Shown: piece by piece, positions 1 to 9,364 of the stretch
Layout of the letters: every line of letters starts with the position of its first letter
Numbering within the stretch: position 1 is the first letter of the stretch
Source: Bacteroidota bacterium
GTDB taxonomy: Bacteria; Bacteroidota; Bacteroidia; Bacteroidales; JAADGE01
Length of the DNA stretch: 64,000 nucleotides
Assembly: GCA_024277895.1 (NCBI GenBank)
Contig: JAJRUH010000046.1
Coordinates: forward strand, 557 to 64,556
Direction: 5' to 3'
The notes under the pieces: model-generated
The model's input: the letters and a program-made list of their open reading frames with translations, nothing else
What the model was told of the DNA's origin: nothing
Database searches by the model: none
Translations under genes and position numbers: made by a program

Positions 1-659
1 TTAATAAGCAGATTCAAAGCCCAAGTTGTAAAACATTTGTCAGAACTTCCGTCTAACATATCCGAACCCGGCCAAGATGAAATGACACTTTCATAAGTTG
101 TAGCCATATAAAAATAAGAACGAGCAAAATCTCCTTTATATTCATCAATAGGTTCGAAAACGGTTCCTGTATAACCGGAAAAAGAGCAAGGTCCTAACTT
201 ACTTCCGTTTGATGAAGTATAAGTAGGAGAATTTGTTTCGCCGTAAGGATAGTTAGATCTGACACTATTGACTTTTTTATCGGTAGGATATATGTGAAAT
301 AAATCTCTGTACATTGGAGAGACCTCTCCTCCAAACCAATTTTTAGGGAAAGAATGTTCTCTGTTATAAAATTCACATTCTGAGGTTCCTCCTGTGCCGG
401 TATCTTGATCATCTCCGAATGTAAAATTGCAGTTTGAATACATATCCCAAACTTTTCCGTTGTCCCTGTCATCAGTTGTTTCAAAAGCAGTCCATAACCC
501 GGAATATGAAGTAACATTCGGATTTTTAATAATGTTATAAAGTTGTGTCTTTAAAGTATATCCGGTTCCGGTAGCACTGTCGTAATATCCTGCAGGGATT
601 TGAGCAAAAATTGTAGTTATTGCAAAAGCCGATATTAATAATAAGTAGATTTTTTTCAT
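1..659 (-). CDS. Endonuclease I family secreted nuclease; 3' end runs off the window start
   Basis: Absent from the ORF track because it has no in-window stop. Hand translation of the minus strand from ATG 659 stays open to position 1 (219 codons). Signal peptide MKKIYLLLISAFAITTIFAQ. Blocks YNREHSFPKNWF, DLFHIYPTDKKVNSVRSNYPYGE and KGDFARSYFYMATTY fit the endonuclease I/Bsn-type family as I recall it. Confidence 0.75.
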   Translation of the reverse strand, partial: MKKIYLLLISAFAITTIFAQIPAGYYDSATGTGYTLKTQLYNIIKNPNVTSYSGLWTAFETTDDRDNGKVWDMYSNCNFTFGDDQDTGTGGTSECEFYNREHSFPKNWFGGEVSPMYRDLFHIYPTDKKVNSVRSNYPYGETNSPTYTSSNGSKLGPCSFSGYTGTVFEPIDEYKGDFARSYFYMATTYESVISSWPGSDMLDGSSDKCFTTWALNLLI

Positions 660-681
660 TTTTATTTAATTTTATTCAGAT

Positions 682-718
682 AAAAAAAGACGTATTATAC
701 TATAAATACGTCTTTTTT
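682..718. terminator. Rho-independent (bidirectional-looking) terminator
   Basis: Perfect 9-bp stem AGACGTATT/AATACGTCT (688-696 / 705-713) with an 8-nt loop. A-run on the left and T-run on the right. Lies just downstream of the stop of the 744..1559 gene. Confidence 0.6.
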
Positions 719-743
719 GTTAAAAAGTTTCAGTTATTAAAAC

Positions 744-1559
744 TTATTTCTTTACAAATTTTGTAATGCTTGATGTTCCGTCAACATTTTCTATGCTTAT
801 TAAATAAACTCCTTTTGTTAAACCGGAAACTTCTAAAGAATAATTCTTTGAATTTACACTTTCAATATTCATAATTCTTTGTCCGATAACATTTGAAACA
901 GAAATACTTCTGATGTTATTTTGACTTGTAACATTTAATTCGTTTATTGCAGGATTAGGGAAGATTCCGGCATTGTTTGATACAGTTTCAATATTACTGC
1001 TGCCTGTTCCGTTTACAACAACGTTGTTAAAAGTCCAGTTACCTGCAGTTCCGTCAACAGAAACAAATTTGAAGGCAATATAAACAGTTGCTTGATCATC
1101 AACGCCTAAACTTAAATCAGTAGTTGTAGCCCAATTATAATCTGTCGGATCAGTATCTAAAGTTAAACCCGTAATTTGAGTCCATGTTGCAGAAGAAAAA
1201 CTTGCACTGTCACCTGTAAAATCGGTAGAAACATAAAGTTCTAAATCCTGATATATCGTATATCTTTGTCTGTTGTCAAATGTTATTGTAACACCGGTAT
1301 ATCCTGTTGTAGAGAAAGCAGGGCTGATAACCCATTGTTCTGATGCCAAGTTATTTGTGCCGTCATAAGCACTTGCACTGAAATAGTAATCACCACTGTA
1401 GCTTGAAAGATGCCAAGAGTAAGGAACAGAAGCTGTCCAAGTAGGAGTTACCGTTGTCCAGTCGCTTGCATCTCCGTCTTGAAAATCATCACTGAAAATT
1501 TGAGCATTTACACCTAATGTCAAAATTACTGCTAAAATTAATAGTAAACCTTTTTTCAT
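744..1559 (-). CDS. Secreted choice-of-anchor-J-like domain protein with T9SS C-terminal sorting domain
   Basis: Track ORF 744..1640 trimmed to ATG 1559, which yields signal peptide MKKGLLLILAVILTLGVNAQ. N-terminal pattern FSDDFQDGDASDWTT...SEQWVISPAF...ITFDNRQ. C-terminal ~80 aa (IFPNPAINELNV...GVYLISIENVDGTSSITKFVKK) looks like a Por/T9SS CTD. Confidence 0.7.
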   Translation of the reverse strand: MKKGLLLILAVILTLGVNAQIFSDDFQDGDASDWTTVTPTWTASVPYSWHLSSYSGDYYFSASAYDGTNNLASEQWVISPAFSTTGYTGVTITFDNRQRYTIYQDLELYVSTDFTGDSASFSSATWTQITGLTLDTDPTDYNWATTTDLSLGVDDQATVYIAFKFVSVDGTAGNWTFNNVVVNGTGSSNIETVSNNAGIFPNPAINELNVTSQNNIRSISVSNVIGQRIMNIESVNSKNYSLEVSGLTKGVYLISIENVDGTSSITKFVKK

Positions 1560-1753
1560 AATTATAAAATTTAAATGTTTGTAAAAAAAAATAATAGTAT
1601 GCAAAGTTAAGAAAAAATAAATATAGTTAAAATAAAACATACTTTAATTTTATATTTTCTCAAAACCGCAAGTCTGTATCATATTGACAGTCATCATACA
1701 GATATGTATTTAACTATTTGTTTGATAATATATTAATACAATTACTTGCTGAT

Positions 1754-2812
1754 TTAATTCTTTTCTTTAATCAAAAATAAATAAGTCGGGAAATGGTCGC
1801 TGTATCCGTTTTGAAAGCGGTCGAATGCAAAAGTTCTTTTAGGATATACTTTATATTTTCCCTCTTGCTGAATCATGAATTTTTTTCTGCAAATGCCGGC
1901 TTTCCAAAATACAAAACTTGTTCGGTCTTTTGATAACAGAGCTTGTGAAATCATTAATTGATCAAAGAAACTCCATGCATCTCTGTATGCTGTTGTTCCC
2001 ACTCCGTTTTTATAAACTTTATAAAAAGGGCTGTATAAATCACCTTTTTTGAGTTTTTTGACAGAACCTTTTGATCGGAGATGTTTTACAACACTATTGT
2101 TATCAGGATTATCATTAAGGTCTCCCATTACAATAATTTTTGCGTTTTCATTCAAATTTAATATTGAATCGACCAAATAACGGCATAAATCACCGGCAGC
2201 ATCTCTTTTAGGTTCGCTGGCTTTTTGTCCTCCGCCTCTTGAAGGCCAGTGATTTACAATTATATTTACGGTATCGTTACCGTCAAATGTTCCGGTAACG
2301 ACAAGTTGTCCTCTTGTTCTGTCATGCGGATCAAATTTAAAATACAAATTATGGTAAGTGGTGTGAACAACCTTAAAAGAACTTTTCTTGTAAATCAAAG
2401 CAACATCAATACCTCTTTCATCAGGTGAATCATAATGAACAATACCGTAATTTGATTTTACCAGTTGCGGCTGACTAATTAAATCTTCTACTACATTTCT
2501 GTTTTCTACTTCAGAAATTCCGAGAATATCCGGTCCTCCTTTTACGTACTCATCTCCTATTTGCGAAATAACTTCAGCCATATTGTGAAGTTTTTTGTGG
2601 TAACGTTCGCTTGTCCAAACTTTATTTCCGGAAGGTAAAAATTCATAATCGTAAGTGTCCGGCGAATCTATTGTATCAAACAGATTTTCAAGATTATAAA
2701 AACCGACACATCGAATTTGATATTGTTTTTTTTGTGCATTAATATTAAAAGTCAAAGCTGATATTATAAATAAAATTAATGCAAATTTTAAGACAAAAGT
2801 TTTATTAAACAT
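1754..2812 (-). CDS. Secreted endonuclease/exonuclease/phosphatase (EEP, DNase I-like fold) family protein
   Basis: Track ORF trimmed to ATG 2812 (MFNKTFVLKFALILFIISALTFNINAQ signal peptide). C-terminal SDHFP motif and overall EEP pattern (ISEVEN, DVALIYK, NHWPSRGGG, MGDLND). Confidence 0.75.
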   Translation of the reverse strand: MFNKTFVLKFALILFIISALTFNINAQKKQYQIRCVGFYNLENLFDTIDSPDTYDYEFLPSGNKVWTSERYHKKLHNMAEVISQIGDEYVKGGPDILGISEVENRNVVEDLISQPQLVKSNYGIVHYDSPDERGIDVALIYKKSSFKVVHTTYHNLYFKFDPHDRTRGQLVVTGTFDGNDTVNIIVNHWPSRGGGQKASEPKRDAAGDLCRYLVDSILNLNENAKIIVMGDLNDNPDNNSVVKHLRSKGSVKKLKKGDLYSPFYKVYKNGVGTTAYRDAWSFFDQLMISQALLSKDRTSFVFWKAGICRKKFMIQQEGKYKVYPKRTFAFDRFQNGYSDHFPTYLFLIKEKN

Positions 2813-2844
2813 ATTATTGAAATTAGTTTTTATATAAATTGTGT

Positions 2845-2852
2845 TATCTTTG
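2845..2852 (+). promoter_or_regulatory. Bacteroidota -7 promoter box TATCTTTG
   Basis: Exact match to TAnnTTTG, 61 nt upstream of ATG 2914, in the divergent intergenic region. Confidence 0.4.
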
Positions 2853-2913
2853 CTGTCCTTTTTTATAAAAGATTTCAAAATTAAAATAAAAATTTAAATT
2901 AAAAGCGTAAGTT

Positions 2914-5655
2914 ATGAGAAAATTATTTTTAATGCTTTCGATGTTTCTTTTTGCATCCTTTATTGTGCAAGCACAAAGTGATATTTCGGGAGTAGTAAAA
3001 GATAAAGCTACAGGACAGACTTTATCGGGTGTTTTTGTTGTTTTACAAGGCACAAATTTTAATACAAAATCTGACAGTAACGGAAAATATATTTTAAAAG
3101 ACGTTCCGACAGGAAAATATATTCTTACAATAAGTGCTGAAAATTATGAGACAGTCGAGAGAAAAATTGAAGTCGGTTCAGAGACTTTAAATATCGGAGA
3201 AATTTTATTAAATACAATATCTGAGGATAATACCGGAGAAGATGTGATTGTAGAATTATCCAATGACGAACTTAGTGCGGGAGATGATGATTTACAAACT
3301 AATGTTTCGGGTGTTTTACATGGTTCAAAAGATATTTTCTTAAATACAGCAGGTTTTACGTTTGGTCCTATGCGATTCAGAGTAAGAGGTTACGATAATA
3401 AATATTCCGATTTATTTATGAATGGTATTCAGACTAATGATATGGAATCCGGACGTGCTGTATGGGCATACTGGGGCGGATTAAATGATGCCGTCAGAAA
3501 TAATGAAACTTATAAAGGTATTACCGAAACGGATTTTGCTTTCGGAGGTATCGGAGGCGTAACAGGTATTGATACCAGGGCATCTCGAATAAGAACAGGC
3601 ACAAAACTGACTTATTCCTATACTAACAGAAGTTATAATCACAGAGCAATGTTTTTATATTCTACCGGAATGATGAAAAACGGTTGGGCTCTTGCAGTTT
3701 CCGGTTCAAAAAGATATGCTGCAGAAGGTTATACCGAAGGAACTTTTTATGATGCGTACTCATATTTTGTTTCGGCAGAGAAAAAAATTAATGATAAACA
3801 CAGCTTGGGTTTGGTTGTTTTCGGAGCTCCTTCGTTACGAGGCGGAAGAAGTGCCACCACACAAGAGGTTTATGATTTAACAAGTATTCGTTACAATCCG
3901 AATTGGGGTTGGCAAGACGGAAAAAAACGTAATGCAAAAGTAACCGACTCGCACACTCCTATGGCTATTTTTACGCATTATTGGACTATTGACAATTCAA
4001 GTAATTTAAAAACTTCTTTAGCTTATTCCGTAGGAAAATATAACAAAACATCTTTAAATTGGTATAATGCAGCTGACCCGAGACCTGACTATTACCGTTA
4101 TTTACCTAATAATATCACAGATTCGGTTGCTGCTGAAATAAGAGCAGATGAATTCAGAAACGGAGAAAGACAAATTGATTGGGATGCCATGTATCAAACT
4201 AATTACACAAATATTGATACTATTTTTAATGCCGACGGAATTTCCGGAAATACATTAATAGGAAAACGTTCGGAATACATTGTTGAAAACAGAATGAATG
4301 AAAACAATCAATTCTGGTTTAATTCTGTTTATAATAAAATATTAAATGATAATTTGACTATTACAGCCGGAATTCAACACAGAAGATATAAAGCAAGACA
4401 TTATAAAACTTTAGCTGACTTACTCGGCGGAGATTTTGTAGTTGATATTGATAAATATGCCGAACGTGATTTATCCGGTGAAGGTGTTGCTGATAACGAC
4501 ATCCGACATCCGAACCATATTGTTGACAGTATAGGAGAAGTTTTCGGGAACGATTACTATGCTAATGTGAATAAAACACAATTATGGGCAAATGCCGGGT
4601 ATAATTTGGGTAAAGTTGACGTTTATTTCGGTTTGGAAGGTTCAAATACTAACTTTTGGAGAACAGGAAATATGCAAAACGGTAAATTTCCGGATAATTC
4701 GCTCGGTAATTCGGAAAAATTACATTTTTATAATTACGGAATAAAAGCCGGTGCAACTTATAAACTTACAGGAATGCACTTTTTTCATATTGACGGAGCA
4801 AACATAACTCAAGCACCCGATTTCAGGAACTCTTTTGTTTCGGTAAGAACCAGAAACCAAATTGTTGACGGATTAGAAAATGAGCACATTTTATCTGTTC
4901 AAGGCGGATATATTTTGCAGTCGAACAAATTAAAAGCAACTGTTGATTTGTTTTACACAGAATTTAAAAATCAAACGGAAGTAAGAAGTTTCTATTTTGA
5001 CGGTTATAATAACTTCGTAAATTTTGTTATGACAGGTATTAATAAAACACATCAGGGAATTGAAATAGGAGCAGAATATACAATCTCTCCGGGTTTGTCC
5101 GTTTACGGTGTCGGAAATCTGGGTTATTATCGTTGGACTTCCCGACCGACTTTCAGTGCATATGTTGATAACAGTGCCGAAGTTCAAATAAATAAAGAAA
5201 CGGTTTATGTTGATGGGTTTTTAGTCAGCGGAACACCTCAAACAGCATTTTCCGGAGGAGTAAAATATTGGGCACCAAAACATTGGTGGGTTGGTGTAAG
5301 TGCAAATTATTTGGATGATGATTTTTTAGCTTTCAGTGCATTAACCCGAACAATCAATGCCGTAAAATACAGCGACCATTCAGCACCGGAATTCGAAAAA
5401 CTTATTGACCAAAAAAAATTACCGAGTTTTTATACTCTTAATGCTTTTGCCGGAAAATCATTCCGATTTCAGTATAAATACCATCTGAATATCAGCTTAA
5501 ATGTTACTAATATCTTAAATAATCAATCAATTATTACCGGAGGTTATGAACAAGCTCGAATTGATGCCACATTTGAAAATGTTGATAAATTTCAACCGAA
5601 ATATTATTATTACAGCGGATTGCAATATTATTTAAATGTCAGTTTCAGATTTTAA
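2914..5655 (+). CDS. TonB-dependent outer-membrane transporter with N-terminal carboxypeptidase-regulatory-like domain
   Basis: 913 aa with a signal peptide. CarboxypepD_reg-like segment ISGVVKDKATGQTLSGVFVVLQGTNFNTKSDSNGKYILKDVPTGKY, then plug and barrel-like sequence. Ends in the aromatic terminus ...YYLNVSFRF. Confidence 0.85.
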   Translation: MRKLFLMLSMFLFASFIVQAQSDISGVVKDKATGQTLSGVFVVLQGTNFNTKSDSNGKYILKDVPTGKYILTISAENYETVERKIEVGSETLNIGEILLNTISEDNTGEDVIVELSNDELSAGDDDLQTNVSGVLHGSKDIFLNTAGFTFGPMRFRVRGYDNKYSDLFMNGIQTNDMESGRAVWAYWGGLNDAVRNNETYKGITETDFAFGGIGGVTGIDTRASRIRTGTKLTYSYTNRSYNHRAMFLYSTGMMKNGWALAVSGSKRYAAEGYTEGTFYDAYSYFVSAEKKINDKHSLGLVVFGAPSLRGGRSATTQEVYDLTSIRYNPNWGWQDGKKRNAKVTDSHTPMAIFTHYWTIDNSSNLKTSLAYSVGKYNKTSLNWYNAADPRPDYYRYLPNNITDSVAAEIRADEFRNGERQIDWDAMYQTNYTNIDTIFNADGISGNTLIGKRSEYIVENRMNENNQFWFNSVYNKILNDNLTITAGIQHRRYKARHYKTLADLLGGDFVVDIDKYAERDLSGEGVADNDIRHPNHIVDSIGEVFGNDYYANVNKTQLWANAGYNLGKVDVYFGLEGSNTNFWRTGNMQNGKFPDNSLGNSEKLHFYNYGIKAGATYKLTGMHFFHIDGANITQAPDFRNSFVSVRTRNQIVDGLENEHILSVQGGYILQSNKLKATVDLFYTEFKNQTEVRSFYFDGYNNFVNFVMTGINKTHQGIEIGAEYTISPGLSVYGVGNLGYYRWTSRPTFSAYVDNSAEVQINKETVYVDGFLVSGTPQTAFSGGVKYWAPKHWWVGVSANYLDDDFLAFSALTRTINAVKYSDHSAPEFEKLIDQKKLPSFYTLNAFAGKSFRFQYKYHLNISLNVTNILNNQSIITGGYEQARIDATFENVDKFQPKYYYYSGLQYYLNVSFRF

Positions 5656-5674
5656 TAACTAAAAAATTTATAAA

Positions 5675-6463
5675 ATGAATAAAATATTAAAAATAAATAT
5701 CATCACCGGTCTTGTAATTCTGTTTTTCTTCAATTCCTGTGTCAAAGAAAAATTTGACCAAACGCCGGAATATGTTACAAATCTTGTCGCTAATACTACA
5801 ATAAAAGATTTAAAAAGCCTGTATATAAATTCTGCAGTTTTAATAGATACAAATATTGTAATAAAAGGTATTGTCGTATCAAACGATAAATACGGAAATT
5901 TTTACAAAGAACTATTTATTGAAGATGAAACCGGAGCTGTTTCAATAAGACTTGACAACAGTTATTTGTATGAACATTATCCTGTGGGTAAATTGGTTTA
6001 TGTAAAATGTGAAGGACTGTATCTCGGAACCTATAATAATGTATATCAATTAGGATTAGGGGCAAATGTTGACAGAATTAATGACGGTTTAATTGAAGAT
6101 TATCTGGATATTTCGGCAGGCGGCACTCCGGTTGTGCCCAAAACCATATCACTTGCAGACCTTACGGGAAGCAATGCTGACAGTTTAATCGGCTCTTTTA
6201 TTAAAATCGAAAATGTTCAGTTTGTTGATACAGGTTTAACATATTCTGTAAATACTTCCTCATATACTACACGCAACATTCAAGATTGTTCCGGTAATAA
6301 TGTTGTTTTAAGCACAAGCAAATTTGCTGATTTCAAAAATGATTACTTGCCGAAAGGGAACGGAACGATTAAAGCTGTTCTGAGCAAATTTAATAATGAT
6401 TATCAACTGAGAATAAATTCAGCAGACGATGTTAATTTTACAGGAAATCGTTGCACAAAATAA
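5675..6463 (+). CDS. Surface lipoprotein with OB-fold-like (DUF5689 / YhcR-type) domain
   Basis: Lipobox ...FFNSC. Core NIVIKGIVVSNDKYGNFYKELFIEDETGAVSIRLD...GKLVYVKCEGLYLGTYNNVYQLG has the spacing of OB-fold modules found in secreted nucleases. Starts 20 nt after the transporter gene. Confidence 0.65.
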   Translation: MNKILKINIITGLVILFFFNSCVKEKFDQTPEYVTNLVANTTIKDLKSLYINSAVLIDTNIVIKGIVVSNDKYGNFYKELFIEDETGAVSIRLDNSYLYEHYPVGKLVYVKCEGLYLGTYNNVYQLGLGANVDRINDGLIEDYLDISAGGTPVVPKTISLADLTGSNADSLIGSFIKIENVQFVDTGLTYSVNTSSYTTRNIQDCSGNNVVLSTSKFADFKNDYLPKGNGTIKAVLSKFNNDYQLRINSADDVNFTGNRCTK

Positions 6464-6486
6464 ATATTAATACAAAATTAAATGTT

Positions 6487-7773
6487 ATGAATAAATATAT
6501 AAAAATCATTTCAATATTCAGTATAAGTTTGATATTTTTATTATCGGCTTGTGTTAAAAATGACTTTACCGAACCCGAAAAAGCTGTTTATAATCCGAAT
6601 ATTAAAGCAACAACTACAATTCAGGAACTTAAAAATCTCTATACTAATGAGTTGACTTTAATAGATACAAATGTGATTATAAAGGGAACGGTTATCGCAA
6701 ATGACAAATCAGGTAATATTTATAAATCCATTTTTATACAAGACAGCACCGCAGGAATTCAAATAAGTCTCGATGCATACAATTTATGTAACAAATATCA
6801 TACAGGAGATTTAATATATGTAAAATGTAAGGGTTTGTATCTCGGTGAATACGGCGGGCAAATTCAACTCGGTGCTGACTATGAAGGATCTGTCGGAAGA
6901 ATAGCCGAACCTGTAATTGATGATTATCTGATAAAATCCGACGGCGGAATTCCTATTAATCCGAAAACCATAAGTTTATCTGCTGTAAACGGTTCTTTAG
7001 TTAATGAATTAGTTCAACTGAAAAATGTTCAATTTAAAAGATACAGCGTAGGTGACACATACGGTGATATTGTTTTAAAAGAAGACAAAGATATTTATGT
7101 TGAAGATTGCAGCGGAAATTCAATGCTTGTAAGAACAAGCGGTTATGCTGACTTTGCAAGTGATATTGTACCTGAAGGAAACGGAAATATGACTGCTGTA
7201 CTTACAAAATATAATTCTACATATCAGTTAATAATCAGAAATATACGTGAAGTAAATATGACTTCCGAAAGATGCGGTGCATTTTTTAACGAAGATTTTG
7301 AAGAATTTGTTCAAAATGATTTATTAGACAAATTCGGTTGGTATTCATACAGCGTTTCAGGTGCTGCTCAATATTGGAAAATAGGGAATTACAGCAATAA
7401 TAACTATGCATCAATGACCGGTTGGGACGGTTCTTCATCAAATGTAAATGAAGATTGGTTAATTACACCTAAATTTAACTTTACCGGATTTTCTGATATT
7501 CAATTTTCGTTTGAGAATAAAAGTAATTACAGCGGACCGAATATTCAGGTATTTATTTCAACTGATTATGACGGAACAGGCAATCCTAATAATTTTACTT
7601 GGACTGAATTAACCGGACTTAATTTATCGCCCGGAAGTTACCAACCGGTAACAGCAACAAAAGATTTATCAAGTTATGCAAATAACCCTTCTGTTTATAT
7701 AGGTTTTAAATATTTATCAGATACATCCTCAAAAACCTGGGAAATTGATAATGTAAAGATAATTGCAAATTAA
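6487..7773 (+). CDS. Surface lipoprotein: OB-fold-like (DUF5689-type) domain fused to a choice-of-anchor-J-like C-terminal domain
   Basis: Track ORF 6451 trimmed to ATG 6487 (MNKYIKIISIFSISLIFLLSAC lipobox). N-terminal half is paralogous to 5675..6463 (TIQELKNLY...IIKGTVIANDKSGNIYKSIFIQD...VKCKGLYLGEYGGQIQLG). C-terminal half FNEDFEEF...NEDWLITPKFNF...FISTDYDG resembles the domain in 744..1559. Confidence 0.65.
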   Translation: MNKYIKIISIFSISLIFLLSACVKNDFTEPEKAVYNPNIKATTTIQELKNLYTNELTLIDTNVIIKGTVIANDKSGNIYKSIFIQDSTAGIQISLDAYNLCNKYHTGDLIYVKCKGLYLGEYGGQIQLGADYEGSVGRIAEPVIDDYLIKSDGGIPINPKTISLSAVNGSLVNELVQLKNVQFKRYSVGDTYGDIVLKEDKDIYVEDCSGNSMLVRTSGYADFASDIVPEGNGNMTAVLTKYNSTYQLIIRNIREVNMTSERCGAFFNEDFEEFVQNDLLDKFGWYSYSVSGAAQYWKIGNYSNNNYASMTGWDGSSSNVNEDWLITPKFNFTGFSDIQFSFENKSNYSGPNIQVFISTDYDGTGNPNNFTWTELTGLNLSPGSYQPVTATKDLSSYANNPSVYIGFKYLSDTSSKTWEIDNVKIIAN

Positions 7774-7793
7774 AAAGATTTTGCATAATAAAT

Positions 7794-7822
7794 AAAAAAC
7801 CGAAGCATTGCTTCGGTTTTTT
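7794..7822. terminator. Bidirectional rho-independent terminator between convergent genes
   Basis: Stem CCGAAGC/GCTTCGG (7800-7806 / 7810-7816) flanked by an A-run and a T-run. Confidence 0.7.
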
Positions 7823-8780
7823 ATTTGTTTGTATTTCTGATATGAATAATTTCGGCTGCAATACTCACGGCAATTTCCGGAGGAGTTTCGCTTTTTATCG
7901 AAACACCTATCGGAGCAGAAACTTTTCTCAGTTGTTCTTCCGAAATTCCTTGTTTTTTTAAATCATCAAAAATTCCTTTAACTTTATTTTTGCTGCCCAT
8001 CATTCCGAGGTAGGCAACATCTTTATCTATAAGTTTTGAAAGTATTTTTTTGTCGTGTGCATGGCTGAAACTTGCAATTACGACATATATATTTTTTCCC
8101 TCCGGAATATGCTTGTCAATTTCGTTATAATTTACAATATGTTGTTCTTTCGCAAATTCGTTTTCCTTCAGAGTATCAAGTTCGGGTCTGTTATCATAAA
8201 TTTTAACATAATATCCGAGCATTTTCATTTGTTTCGACAGAGCCAAGCCCACATGACCTCCGCCGATTATGCAAACAATGTGTTTATAACCTACAATTTC
8301 CTTGTAAATGCCGTTTTTATATTCGTATTGTGAAGAAATTGTTGCTCCGCTTCTTGAACGAAATTCGGTAGTGCTTAATTTTATCGTAATTTCATTTTTA
8401 ATTATCGCATGTCCGGCAATTTCATTAATATTATCAATATGAATATCATACAAAGGATATAAAAGAACTTTATTTTCTCCCGAACAAATCATGCCCGAAG
8501 CGTACATTTCGTCATCAGTGCGATGAACTTGTTCATGCAACTCGGGTTCTGTAATATTTTCGTCCAACATTTTTTGTGCTCTGGCACTTAAAGTATATTC
8601 CGTGGCTCCTCCGCCTATAGAACCGATTTTTTTTCCGTCTTCGGTAACAAACATTTTAAACCCCTGTCTTCCCGGACTGCTGCCTTTGTTTTCTACGACA
8701 ACAAGCAATACTACTCTCTCTTTTTGTCTTAAATATGCCGATATTTTGTTCCAAATTTCCATACTTTTGTTTTTAATCAT
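7821..8780 (-). CDS. xdhC: XdhC/CoxI family accessory protein (Mo-hydroxylase maturation type)
   Basis: 319 aa. N-terminal XdhC_CoxI-like segment (VVLLVVVENKGSSPGRQGFKM...GSIGGG). C-terminal Rossmann-like IIGGGHVGLALS. Confidence 0.65.
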   Translation of the reverse strand: MIKNKSMEIWNKISAYLRQKERVVLLVVVENKGSSPGRQGFKMFVTEDGKKIGSIGGGATEYTLSARAQKMLDENITEPELHEQVHRTDDEMYASGMICSGENKVLLYPLYDIHIDNINEIAGHAIIKNEITIKLSTTEFRSRSGATISSQYEYKNGIYKEIVGYKHIVCIIGGGHVGLALSKQMKMLGYYVKIYDNRPELDTLKENEFAKEQHIVNYNEIDKHIPEGKNIYVVIASFSHAHDKKILSKLIDKDVAYLGMMGSKNKVKGIFDDLKKQGISEEQLRKVSAPIGVSIKSETPPEIAVSIAAEIIHIRNTNK

Positions 8781-8815
8781 TTAATTTCAATATCTCAACC
8801 TTTCAATCTTCTTAA

Positions 8816-9253
8816 TTACACTTTAAATCTGACTCTGAATATTCCTTCATTAAAATTTGTCGTAGTTATCCTGAAATTTGCAAGTTCACTTGTATTTTTT
8901 ACGTGTTGACCTATACAAGGACAATCGTCATAATCCCCGATGCTTATAATTCTTACTTTAGGATTTTGCTCTTTAGTTATACGTTTGAGGTTGAATATTT
9001 TGTTTGCTTCGTCAAAATCCAAAATTTTTTCGGTAATATCATAATTATTTGAAATTACGTCTTTTATTTTTTGTTCTAATAATTTTATTTCTTCCTCTGT
9101 CGGCTCTTTATCCAATTTGAAATCACACTTTGATTTTTTCCGTTCGATATGGCAATTTTCCGAACGCTCGCAACCGAACATATTAACCATTGTTCTGTTT
9201 AAAATATGCTCTGCGGTGTGCATCGGTGCGTAATAATTTTTCTTTTCACTCAT
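8816..9253 (-). CDS. AlaX-S-like free-standing tRNA editing domain (tRNA_SAD)
   Basis: Zinc-binding signature HTAEH (HxxxH) near the N-terminus and CPCIGQH (CxxxH) near the C-terminus. Start moved to ATG 9253 (MSEKKNYYAPMHTAEHIL). Confidence 0.55.
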   Translation of the reverse strand: MSEKKNYYAPMHTAEHILNRTMVNMFGCERSENCHIERKKSKCDFKLDKEPTEEEIKLLEQKIKDVISNNYDITEKILDFDEANKIFNLKRITKEQNPKVRIISIGDYDDCPCIGQHVKNTSELANFRITTTNFNEGIFRVRFKV

Positions 9254-9364
9254 TTTATTTAATATAATTTGATGCAAATAAACAAAATATTGACTGATAA
9301 CTAAAAAAATAAAGAATATGTTTTATTTTTATATCTTCTAAATATAACTCATAATTAAAAAAAT

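Noticed and set aside
194-517. 107-aa minus-strand ORF from the track
   Set aside because: It lies entirely inside the endonuclease I gene in a different frame. Its translation has no recognisable features, while the overlapping frame gives a clean family match from ATG 659 to the window edge.
1560-1640. N-terminal extensions of track ORFs. Affected regions: 1560-1640, 2813-2878, 6451-6486, 9254-9277, 21804-21836 and 54810-54845.
   Set aside because: In each case an internal ATG yields a canonical signal peptide or lipobox or a family-typical N-terminus. The extension is AT-rich promoter-like sequence, and one of them overlaps a -7 box.
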